Below, one piece after another: positions 21,701 to 33,281 of a DNA stretch of 64,000 nucleotides (within the stretch, counting starts at the first letter, position 1; each line of letters begins with the position of its first letter). The stretch comes from Macrostomum lignano (taxonomy: Eukaryota), in the NCBI GenBank assembly GCA_002269645.1, contig NIVC01001150.1, positions 136,422-200,421 of the forward strand. Reading direction: 5' to 3'. A program made the position numbers and the translations under genes. The notes below the pieces were generated by a model. The model was not told the DNA's origin, made no database searches, and saw only the letters and a program-made list of their open reading frames with translations.

Positions 21701-24700
21701 ATCATATAGGCATAGCTGCGGGCACTTAAGGTTCATGGATGTAATTATGAGTGTGCACTGCACTCCTACCCATACCGGCAGCGTGCCTGCGTCAACCCCC
21801 CCCCATTCTGTCTGTGTCAGACCCCCCCCCCAGATGCACCCAACCCCACTGTCTGTATGGGCCAGCCGGTTTTGGCTGGCTGCGCCCCAGTGCGCCCCTC
21901 ACTCGCCCTGCGATTGGCTGGCGGTCCAATGTGTACTCTCCCTCCTCCAATCGTGACCTCGGTGCGCTTTGTAACTGTTAAGACTCGTAATTTTGGCTAG
22001 CTGGGCCTGGGGTAGCGATACCCCAGGGCTTTACCAGCTAGCGTAAATATAACTGTATGCAGGAGTGGCGGTAGGGGGAGGCCACCCTTTCGTGTCGATC
22101 TATACGCAGCTACAAGCTCGATCTATTACAACCAAAACTGAACTTACTCAGAAGCCAGTCTTTACTCAGAACTTTTGTCAGAAGTTGAGAGAAGCCACCC
22201 CTGCCGCCGCCATCACTGTTGCGTGAAGATAAGAGAGTAAGTCGCGTGTCTTTCTCATTTGAGGGACTGGCTGGGTTTAATTTGTGCCGTAGGGATCGAC
22301 AGGCTGATCAAGTCTCCTGACGCGATCCCACGCTCCGAGTCCGAAGTCAGTCCGGCCAGTTGACTGACGCCATCTTCGGGCTCGTCCACTGAGATGACTA
22401 GAGTTGCGATCCAGTTTAGCACAACACTATGTAAATGTTGTCACTCCTAAAAACGGTCCATGTTCTGATTCCAAAAAAACTTTATTATATAATTCCTAAA
22501 TTAACTCATTTAAAACCTTAAGCACAAACTGCACATTAACAGATTTGGCAAGAGAGATTAAAAAGTAGTGCATCCTATCTACGAGCGCATAGACATAAAT
22601 ACTACATATGAAGTAAATTTTAGCATGTGCATGTACGGTCTGTAGAAACACACTATAATTATATAAATTTCCCCGATAAATATTTACCAAAAATAGCTAA
22701 GTTGACAAATTCCGGCCTAGAACATTCTGGCTTCCGGAATGTTCCATGAAAAAACTATGAATATATGAATATAAAAGGTACCCGCAACCGCAATCTATAA
22801 ACAGTTGCACCCTTGCGTTCTACCTTGCTATCGATTTTATTAATGATATACTCTAGAACCACCACCTCACGCCTCATCTATTATCGCGTGTCGTTTCAAC
22901 TCTAGGAAGGTAGCTGTTTGCTTTTTTGTCGTAATGCATTATGACAAGTGACGCTTCATTTTAGCAACTAATAAAAACAAGTTAAATGCATTTATCGTAC
23001 CATTAATTACTATTTTCTCTGATACCTATTAGGTAAAAAAATCAGTTGGGGAAAGAAAACTAGTTTATCTATTATGATATGCTAATTCTAAAGAATCATT
23101 TTTAAATGATCTAAAAAATTATCCTCGACCGGGGTCGTTCTCAAAGCTAGGTCACAACTTTTTGTTATTGCAAAAAAAGTTTATACATCGACCAATAATC
23201 GTACAAAAAAAATTCTTTTGACAATTTCTGTAAGAAGCTGCTACTAAAACCACAAGAAAACTTGAAATTGAGAAGAAATCAAGGCTATTTGTTATTCTTT
23301 GTTGCGGAAAATAAACGACAAAAATATTAAAGAGAAAATAAAATTTTCTTCCATTTTTATTTTAAATATGCAGTTAAATTTCTTTTGCAAAAATAAAAGA
23401 ACAAGAAATTGACAAAGGAAATGTTTTTGAGCACAGCATTTTGTTACTCTGCTCTAAATCCCAGACATTTAAAATTATCGTGTGCGAAAAAGTGCGAAAT
23501 TATTATAGCATGCACTCGAAAGAACTTCGATCAGTTTAACTAATCACTGAATTGAGAAGTCTAAATAAGTCTTGAAAGGTTGAATTAAAAATCAAGTTTT
23601 CACTATGTATCTTTTCAAAGGCAAGATGATTCGACAAATAAAGAATGTTCATTTTTACCTTGAATAGAATTGTTCATTTTTACATTAAATATAATAAAAT
23701 CTAACTAATAATAGAAAAAGTCAGGGAACTATCCTTGAACACCAAAACGCACATTGTGGATTTAATATCGACTGCATGTTCCTTAATAAAGGAATTCAGA
23801 TACTAGTATATATTTGATTATTTGTAGCATAATTTCTGAAAACTATAACTTGCTTGATTTTACTTTAAGTACTCATTACATTAATACTTATACCAAAGCT
23901 ACATGTACTTAAAATAAAAAATCATAGTTACTTATTAGACATTTTACTCCAATTAACTTAAAATAATTCAAATTTATTTTAATTAATTCATTTTTTGAAA
24001 CTTTTTGGAAAATAGACAAAATTGAATTATTTAATTACCAAAAACCTACTAGCTTAACTAAAATAGCAATTAGTCTTTAAGAAAAGATTTCACTTGTTAA
24101 TTGAGAAAAATGAGGATGTGCGAGGTGTAAAAATGCGAAAGAGCATGCAGGAAACAGAGACAAACAAAAATGTAGGTAAAAGACACTGCACATGCACATA
24201 ATATGATAACCAGACATAATGCGCACACTGAAACACCAGTAGCAATGACGCCCAAGCTTTTGATGATCACAAGCGAAAAGGCAAAACCCAGCCATCAATC
24301 AAAGAAGTAGACTTTAGCACGCATCTTGAGTGCATCACGCATTTTTTGCAGAGAAGCTCGAAAATTAACATTGTATTCTGTGCACAACCACCAACTGCGA
24401 CAGGGTCTGCCGGGGGATTTGTGGGCACGCGGTCGCGGATACAAATCGGAGGAGTCGCTGACCATTCTGAAATTACTAGCTAGTACATGTAATTTTGTGT
24501 AATAATATATTTAGCCCGCTTTATTTCTATGCTCTCGTCTGCCTCTCGTTAATGCATCCCCAGACTCATGCAATAATCAAACTTATGATCGAACTATGCA
24601 TGGCTTCCGTCCCTCGCTTTGAATCTCTCACCTCCCCATAGTTCCATCAACCTTACCGTAGTGGCTTCCTATGCAAAAATCATCCCTCCGCATCTTACAC

Positions 24701-26051
24701 AGGCTACTTCAGGCTGTAGACTGTACTACACTATTAATTAGTTGCGCTAAGGAATCTACATGTATTTGCTCGCAGCGCAGCGCGCTGCTCAAAGAAGTTT
24801 AGATCTGTCTAGATATTCTAGTAATTTCAGGTTTGTCCATAGACTGGAGCTCATGAGATGAGAATTCCATTAACTAGTACGTTTAATGTGAATGAACTGC
24901 GTGTGTGTGTGCTGTGCATACATATGTATAATATACGAGTAGTTTATGGGCCAAATTATTGTGTGGCACAATTCTTGGCATCACTCAGCAGGCACAAGAT
25001 GCAGTTAAGCAGCGCACGAAAATTCTACAAAAGAAATTGAGCCTGGTTGAGGTGATGCGAGGAGGCAGATCCACACAATCTCAGTGAATACACCAGACTG
25101 CACCAGATACGAGTCCAGTCGAATGTGCGCACTGGTCTAAGCAGCACACGCATGTCCTCCTGACAATGACGGCACCTAGCTTCGTCCAAGCCTTTGCCAG
25201 CGTCACTGACAGCGTCAATACTACCATGCAGTGCCACCTGCAGCACCGACAACGGCAATTCCTCCAGTTAGCCCACAACAGTGGCTAAACTGAGGGACAG
25301 GGAACCTACCCACAGAAGACACACACATACACACACAGCACCGGCAGCAGCACTCTGACAGCATAACCTAAAGCTCCATGAGCTCAGTTTTCAAGCATTG
25401 AAGAAGCAGAAGCAGTCATCTTGAATCCAGGGATCAGGAAGAGTGTTGCATGTCCGACATGTGCTGTTTCCGTGGCAAAAGGTGATGGAGCAAATTAATC
25501 AACACTTACTATCTAGCTCGTATTAAGACTAAAAAACTGAGGCAAGCTGGGATTAAACCAAAGAAAATTTTTTACTATACTTTTTTACCATGTACTTTTA
25601 CTATACTTCTATAGTATAGTAGAGAGGTACTCTATTTAAATGCAGTAAGAAGTGAAACAAATTTATATATTTAATTATTAAATTAAATTAATTCAAGGTA
25701 AATAACTAATTTAACCAATTTATTAGAAGTATTTAATATTTTAATAAATTGATTTTTATACCTTACACGAAATAAGCTCTACATTCATTTCTTAGCTTGG
25801 GGCCCATCTGTATAAGGTCAGTTTCTTCAAAATGCTGATTAATTAATTAAGGCCTGTTGTCTTTACTTAAATTTATAAGGGCATCTTAGAAGTTAATATT
25901 ACTATATAATACATGTATAATATTATTACTATATTATAATAATATAGTTGCAATTTTAATGACTATTGAATAAGTCTAAATGCTTCCCCTATTGACTCTA
26001 AATACATGGTATCTTTCCCTTCAGAAAAAATTAGCATAGAATGACTTGATG

Positions 26052-26330
26052 AAAACAAAAAAAATCATTTCGAGATACACATTTGCTGATCATTCAGGTC
26101 AAATTTCAAGGTCCAGTTTTGCACATGTTTCTCTGTAGCTTGGTTACAAGGATTCTAATAAAAATATAATAAATATGTCCAATGAACTAACTGATACATA
26201 GCCAAATTGAAGTATTTTCAAAAACAAAAAAAATCATTTGCTCAGTTTACTTTACTGGATATCTGTGTAAAATTTCAGCTCAAAAGGTGCTCCATGGAGA
26301 ATGCTAGTGTGGTTACAGGATATGTATTTT
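26052..26330. repeat. Imperfect ~169-bp direct duplication in the AT-rich block (possible decayed MITE)
   Basis: AAAACAAAAAAAATCATTT at 26052 and 26221; AAATTTCA and TGGTTACA also recur ~169 nt apart. Confidence 0.5.
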
Positions 26331-28595
26331 GTGCTTCAAAGTAGGAGTTTATTGCGATGCATGGTTGCTTTTAATTATTTTTATCAACAATAGTGCTCTA
26401 TTTCATAACAATTTTTTACAAAAAGATAATAAGACATGTTTTTCTAATTATCTGCATCAAAATGTATCATTTTAAGCGCACATTCTAGACGTCAGCTGAA
26501 AAATACATTTTGTGAGACGCAAAGAGGCTATCCCACCGGAAATGCTAGGCGTACAGTTAAGCGTCTATAAAATCATTTATAGTGCAGTTTATTAAGCTTT
26601 AAAAGAATCTTAAATTAAATTTATATAAGCTTTCATTTTAAATGTAATATAGCAAGTTTTCAACTCAACAACAACTTTTTTTAGCTACAGACATCATAGT
26701 GTCAAAAATTAGGACATCGGTGAAGTGATTGAATTTGAATTTTTTCATCACCTAATATCGCCTAATACCGCAAGACAACTTAAAACACTTTTGCAACATA
26801 AATTTCAACCCAAAAATTATCTTTATTCACAGATGAAAGTGTCCTATTATTTTCAATACGGCAGTAACAATAGTAAATGTTCCGAAAATTGTTAAAATTT
26901 TCGCTCCTCCCAGAATTTGAGAACGACCCACCGGCCGATCATTGATGAATGAACTTAATATCTAATATGTGTGTACGCCCAGATTGTCGGACAAGAGAAC
27001 CCACTTTTACAAGCTATTTGAATTAAACGTCTGATTCCTTAGTAAAAAAACCAGTTAAAGATAACTAGCTATTCAGTTTTCTTGTAGAACAAGCTTTAAT
27101 CATTTAAATAATAATGTTCTTTTAAATATACTGTTTCTATTAAAGTATTGGATTTTTATATTATCATAGGTTTAGTAAAATAATTTCGTTTCTGGATATA
27201 TTATTTAAAAAGTAATTATACAATTTTATTTCATAAGAAATGAGTTAAAATTAAAGAAACATTTTTCTTTTAGTAGGGTCATTTTTTAAATAATTGTACA
27301 TGTATATGAATATATCAGATATTTATTTTTATTTAGGTCTTTCTACCTATTCCATTTTCATGTAACAAGAGTTGAAATCACAATCTTTTTAAGACATGAT
27401 TTGTATTGGCTATTACTACCTAGTTAAGTTTGAATCAATGTTTTATGTTTGGAATGTTTTATTGGACTATAGTTATTAATTAATTATTGAACTAAAATTT
27501 TCTTACCCACTGATCCATGTTTGTTTGCTAGAATTACTAATGGAATTAATATAAAGAATTTTTATATAATAATATGTAAATATTTACAATCCATTTTTAT
27601 GAATTTTAGCTATATAAGACACTATAAAGTAGTAAATTTGGTAATCTTTTTACCTGACTGTACATTCCAAAAACATTTTTAAAAATGAGAAAGTTGAAAC
27701 AAGCAGAGTCAGATAGCTAGTAGTCACTTAAGTCACATAGCAATTATTATCCCTTATCATATCCCTTATTTATTGTTAAGAATAAAATCAGAAGTCAGAA
27801 CTTCATCTTCAGAACTCATCAGAACTCATCTTCAGAGTTCATCTTCAGAACTTCAGAACTGGGTTTGGCACTACTATCTATGCTAACTATCTGACTCTGC
27901 TTGTTTTGACTTTCTCATTTTTAAAAATATGTTTTTGGAATGTCTGGTCGGGTAAAGGAAGATAAGCACAGATTCTACAAAAAATACATTGAATACACTC
28001 GTACATATATATACACAATCATATCCTTTATACTCAAAATGAGTTGTCTATAGGTAGGTAAGTATATGATTGATTTTAGCAAAAATGGCTCAACCAATTT
28101 AGAATAAACTATTATTGTATTCATTTCTTTTTTGAAACCATTGTGTTGTGAAAGTTTTGTGACGTGTTGTTTGAATTTAAATTGAACTTATCAAGTATGT
28201 TATATGGGGCTCCACTGCCATCTTTTCAATTTAGCCCTTGGTTGCTGTTTTCACAGCTTCTTTAAGTGTTGCAGGCCAGCACACGGATGCGCCTTCAGCT
28301 GGGCAGAGCCTCGCACTGCACCATCACAAAACAGCGCAACCCAGCGCAGTTTTCTGTTCATGCACACACCAAGAATTAAGAGAAGAAGAGAAGGCTTGTG
28401 GCTTGTTCTCACCGCCATCATATGAGCCATCAAATCACACGACTAAAGTACATGGCACCTTTGATGTTGGTGCGACTGAGCCTTTATGAATTTTTTCTTT
28501 CCATGCAAAAAGTTTAGCCAAACCAGTAAGTTGCTGTCTGCACTGGATCCATCTACTCGAAAACAGAATTTCAGCCGCTCCATCAATTCCAGCCC

Positions 28596-29213
28596 ATGGC
28601 ACCACAAAATCTGCCAGTCAGGAAGTTGTCCGTAGCCCCTGAGGCGTACACGGGCACCTGTTTGGCAATCAGCGGACTCGGAGGAATCGCCTTCGGCCTT
28701 TTTCTGCTGGCAAACGGCTGTGTCGCCTACTCTGACGCTGCGTGGCTCTGCATCTTCACGGGAGCCGTGGAATCTGTTCCAGGCCTGACTTCGCTGCTGT
28801 TCTGCAGGTGTGGCTGCGGCTCGTACGCTGAGCTGAGCTACTATGCGCGGCTCACCGTGGCCTGCACGATCCTGACCGCCGCCTCCGTGTTCCTGTCCGT
28901 GTCCGGTTGGATTCTGTTCGGCCTCGGGATGGAACTCAACAGCCCGCTCGCTCCCGGATACAGTGAGGAGAGCGACTTCTGCGAAGACAACACTTTTGGC
29001 TACTTCATCAGCTTTCTCCTGTTCACACTGATTTTTGGCGCCGCTCACCTGGCATTTCTGCTCACCATCATCTTCAGCATTTTCCGCGACTCGGCCGCCT
29101 CTGATTCAACGGAGTCTCCCTTTGCAGTGGCGGCCTACCCCGAGCCTGGCCGCAACTTCCAGTCCCTGCCGCCTTCGTTGGTGCCGCCGCCAGCCACCAA
29201 TATGGACTTGTAA
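28596..29213 (+). CDS. Intronless four-transmembrane protein (205 aa), family uncertain (MS4A/CD20-like topology)
   Basis: cccATGg start, GC3-rich codons, four hydrophobic segments, Cys in both predicted outer loops, Pro-rich C-tail. Confidence 0.75.
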   Translation: MAPQNLPVRKLSVAPEAYTGTCLAISGLGGIAFGLFLLANGCVAYSDAAWLCIFTGAVESVPGLTSLLFCRCGCGSYAELSYYARLTVACTILTAASVFLSVSGWILFGLGMELNSPLAPGYSEESDFCEDNTFGYFISFLLFTLIFGAAHLAFLLTIIFSIFRDSAASDSTESPFAVAAYPEPGRNFQSLPPSLVPPPATNMDL

Positions 29214-29956
29214 GTGCTTTTCACTGGCCTAAGCATGGACTTGTAAGTGCTTTTCACTGGCCTAAGCATGAACCTGTGAGTGCTTTTCACTGGCCTAAGC
29301 ATGAACCTGTGAGTGCTTTTCACTGGCCTAAGCATGGACTTGTAAGTGCTTTTCACTGGCCTAAGCATGGACTTGTAAGTGCTTTTCACTGGCCTAAGCA
29401 TGGACTTGTAAGTGCTTTTCACTGGCCTAAGTATGAGCTTGTGAGTGCTTTTCACTGGCCTAAGTATGAGCTTGTGAGTGCTTTTCACTGGCCTAAGTAT
29501 GAGCTTGTGAGTGCTTTTCACTGGCCTAAGTATGAGCTTGTGAGTGCTTTCACTGGCCTAAGTATGAGCTTGTGAGTGCTTTCACTGGCCTAAGCATGGA
29601 CTTGTGAGTGCTTTCACTGGCCTAAGCATGGACTTGTGAGTGCTTTCACTGGCCTAAGTATGAGCTTGTGAGTGCTTTCACTGGCCTAAGTATGAGCTTG
29701 TGAGTGCTTTTCACTGGCCTAAGTATGAGCTTGTGAGTGCTTTTCACTGGCCTAAGTATGAGCTTGTGAGTGCTTTTCACTGGCCTAAGTATGAGCTTGT
29801 GAGTGCTTTTCACTGGCCTAAGTATGAGCTTGTGAGTGCTTTTCACTGGCCTAAGTATGAGCTTGTGAGTGCTTTCACTGGCCTAAGTATGAGCTTGTGA
29901 GTGCTTTCACTGGCCTAAGCATGGACTTGTAAGTGCTTTTCACTGGCCTAAGCATG
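29202..29956 (+). repeat. 33/32-bp minisatellite (~23 copies) bridging the two 4-TM genes
   Basis: Unit ATGGACTTGTAAGTGCTTTTCACTGGCCTAAGC and variants; the first unit contains gene 1's last codons and stop. Confidence 0.97.
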
Positions 29957-30685
29957 GCTACAACGTGCCAAAGAGATTGCAATGTTCTACTTGAATGTCC
30001 TCTGCGCAGTGCGCAGTCAGAACTAATGCGATTTCACTTTCCCGCCACCCCCCTCCCCAGCAAGGTCTTCCTGCCCACCGACAAGTCGCTCGGCCTGACC
30101 GCCTCTGCAGCCACCGGCGTCGCCACTGCGCTGGTGGGCCTGGCCGGAGCCGCCGTCGCGTTAGCCATCCTGAACGCCGGCTGTCCGTGGAGTCTGGACA
30201 GTCTCAGCGCCAGCCTCATCCTGGGCTGCTTTCTTGCCCCGAGTGGCGGTCTGACGGCTCCCATGCTGAGTAGTCGGGGTCGGCCAAGACGCCGCATCCG
30301 CCTGATGACGGCGAGCATCGCCAGCGTCTGCGTCTGCGTCTGCCTGAGCGCCGGGCAGCTGCTCGCCGTGGCGCTGGACCTGATGAGCTATGCTCAGGAG
30401 CGAGCGCCCCGGCTGCCATTCCAGGACAGGGGCAGCTTCAGCTACGTACCCCGGTACCCCGCCTGCGAGTCCAAGCGCGTGTTTGTCTCCGTGTTCGGGC
30501 CCGGAGCGCTGGGCTTCTGCCTGCTGCACCTCACCGTCTCCAGCGTCGGCTTTCACTACTTCAGGAAGAGCAGCGCTGCCGCGACCGCTGACAAAGCCGC
30601 TGCCGACGAAGACGGCGCTGCTCAGATCGTGCCACTGATGCCGCAGGAGCAGCAGCTTCAGTGCGATACAGTCTGTGGAATCTGA
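29954..30685 (+). CDS. Second intronless four-transmembrane protein, divergent paralogue of the 28596 gene; start uncertain (ATG 29954, ATG 30026, or spliced at ~30060)
   Basis: Four hydrophobic segments; shares LP..K.L....A.TG, L(AN/NA)GC after TM1, GLT in TM2 and a C-E motif before TM4 with gene 1. AATAAA at 30763. Confidence 0.72.
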   Translation: MATTCQRDCNVLLECPLRSAQSELMRFHFPATPLPSKVFLPTDKSLGLTASAATGVATALVGLAGAAVALAILNAGCPWSLDSLSASLILGCFLAPSGGLTAPMLSSRGRPRRRIRLMTASIASVCVCVCLSAGQLLAVALDLMSYAQERAPRLPFQDRGSFSYVPRYPACESKRVFVSVFGPGALGFCLLHLTVSSVGFHYFRKSSAAATADKAAADEDGAAQIVPLMPQEQQLQCDTVCGI

Positions 30686-30762
30686 CAGCAAAACTGCGGA
30701 GCGGGAGGCTCAGATTTTAGCTGCAGTCTTATTGCATTATGAACTGACTGCCACAGCGAACA

Positions 30763-30768
30763 AATAAA
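30763..30768 (+). terminator. Poly(A) signal after the second 4-TM gene
   Basis: First AATAAA downstream of either 4-TM stop codon. Confidence 0.6.
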
Positions 30769-30825
30769 TATTTTATACGTCTGCAGGAGATACTCGTCGC
30801 ATGCTACTGATAGCATGCATGCATC

Positions 30826-32381
30826 AGCTCAGCCAGCAGCAGCTCAGAACCAGCTCAACTCCCTGCTTGCAGCCAGCAGCAGCTCAGAGCCAGCTCAACT
30901 CCCTGCTTGCAGCCATCAGCAGCTCAGAGCCAGCTCAACTCCCTGCTTGTAGCCAGCAGCAGCTCAGAGCCAGCTCAACTCCCTGCTTGCAGCCATCAGC
31001 AGCTCAGAGCCAGCTCAACTCCCTGCTTGCAGCCATCAGCAGCTCAGAGCCAGCTCAACTCCCTGCTTGTAGCCAGCAGCAGCTCAGAACCAGCTCAACT
31101 CCCTGCTTGCAGCCATCAGCAGCTCAGAGCCAGCTCAACTCCCTGCTTGTAGCCAGCAGCAGCTCAGAACCAGCTCAACTCCCTGCTTGTAGCCAGCAGC
31201 AGCTCAGAGCCAGCTCAACTCCCTGCTTGCAGCCAGCAGCAGCAGCAGCTCAGAACCAGCTCAACTCCCTGCTTGTAGCCAGCAGCAGCTCAGAACCAGC
31301 TCAACTCCCTGCTTGTAGCCAGCAGCAGCTCAGAGCCAGCTCAACTCCCTGCTTGCAGCCAGCAGCAGCAGCAGCTCAGAACCAGCTCAACTCCCTGCTT
31401 GCAGCCAACAGCAGCTCAGAGCCAGCTCAACTCCCTGCTTGCAGTCATCAGCAGCTCAGAGCCAGCTCAACTCCCTGCTTGCAGCCATCAGCAGCTCAGA
31501 GCCAGCTCAACTCCCTGCTTGCAGCCATCAGCAGCTCAGAGCCAGCTCAACTCCCTGCTTGCAGCCATCAGCAGCTCAGAGCCAGCTCAACTCCCTGCTT
31601 GCAGCCATCAGCAGCTCAGAGCCAGCTCAACTCCCTGCTTGTAGCCAGCAGCAGCTCAGAGCCAGCTCAACTCCCTGCTTGCAGCCAGCAGCAGCTCAGA
31701 GCCAGCTCAACTCCCTGCTTGTAGCCAGCAGCAGCTCAGAACCAGCTCAACTCCCTGCTTGTAGCCAGCAGCAGCTCAGAACCAGCTCAACTCCCTGCTT
31801 GTAGCCAGCAGCAGCTCAGAGCCAGCTCAACTCCCTGCTTGCAGCCAGCAGCAGCAGCAGCTCAGAACCAGCTCAACTCCCTGCTTGCAGCCAGCAGCAG
31901 CTCAGAGCCAGCTCAACTCCCTGCTTGCAGCCAACAGCAGCTCAGAGCCAGCTCAACTCCCTGCTTGCAGCCAGCAGCAGCTCAGAGCCAGCTCAACTCC
32001 CTGCTTTCTGCCATCAGCAGCAGCTCAGAGCCAGCTCAACTCTTTGCTTGCAGCCAGCAGCAGCTCAGATCAGAACCAGCTCAACTCCCTGCTTGCAGCC
32101 AGCAGCAGCAGCTCAGAGCCAGCTCAACTCCCTGCTTGCAGCCAGCAGCAGCTCAGAGCCAGCTCAACTCCCTGCTTGCAGCCAGCAGCAGCTCAGAGCC
32201 AGCTCAACTCTTTGCTTGCAGCCAGCAGCAGCTCAGATCAGAACCAGCTCAACTCCCTGCTTGCAGCCAGCAGCAGCAGCTCAGAGCCAGCTCAACTCCC
32301 TGCTTGCAGCCAGCAGCAGCTCAGAGCCAGCTCAACTCCCTGCTTGCAGCCAGCAGCAGCTCAGAGCCAGCTCAACTCAGC
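30826..32381. repeat. ~40-bp CAG-rich minisatellite (~38 copies) between the convergent 4-TM and Fat genes
   Basis: Unit AGCCAGCAGCAGCTCAGAGCCAGCTCAACTCCCTGCTTGC with a variable CAG count. Confidence 0.97.
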
Positions 32382-32460
32382 TTTCTTGTTATAACTTTTC
32401 AATACCAATATTTTATCATGAGTGCACGCGGTCTGAGTTTAGAAATGAAATTAAAAATTA

Positions 32461-32466
32461 TTTATT
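32461..32466 (-). terminator. Candidate poly(A) signal of the Fat4-like gene
   Basis: AATAAA on the minus strand ~820 nt after the stop, before the 40-bp array. Confidence 0.45.
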
Positions 32467-33281
32467 ATTCAGTGAGGCAACTTTTGGATGGCAGCGCAGT
32501 TGGTCTCAAATAAGCCAGGCTATTCTTTAATCGTCAAAGCATCAGCTTCATTATTACATGAGCATCTCGGTAAGATTAGGTAAATTTGTTAATTATTTTA
32601 ACCTCTGCGCTCCCAGCTGCAGGTGAATTAAACGAAGAAAGCGATGAGTCGGCAGTTGAAGGTGAAACAAATATCAGTACAAGCTTACATGTATTGATTG
32701 TATTTTGCTCAGTGATCAGCTAGTTTATAAATACAGCAAAGAAGTGAATGTTGTTGCAAAAGCAAACAGAATTATCAAGGCAAATCTCCAACTATTCGCA
32801 TCGTCAGTGCGCTTGCAGAAATTGAAACGAATTCATTAATTTGTAAGGCGGAGACAGCAGATAACATTTAAAATACGCTCGTAATCCGATAGACCTACTC
32901 GCCCTACCTACTGACAGTAGGACATTAGTAGCACGTGAAAGTGAGAGGAGTTAAGCTAGGAATAGAAATAGCGAGGCCATTTGTGACCGCTGTGAGTCTC
33001 AAATGGCGGGAAAGCAAATCAATGCGAAGGTGCAGAAATGCAGGGACTGCAACACAAGGCAGGCAAACCTCTCATTTTCATCAGTAGAAAAAGAAAATCC
33101 AAGCAAAAATTGCAGCTGATTACAACACGGCTGATTAGGCTATTACAGGTGAATTATGTATAGGTGACTGAACTGACTTTGGCCTCTGCTTTCTTGCTTG
33201 AAGAGAAACAGTTTGCAAGCGAGCAATTTACTTAATGATCAAAAAGCTGTTTGTCCTTCGCTCGCAGCTGAGTCTGGAAGC

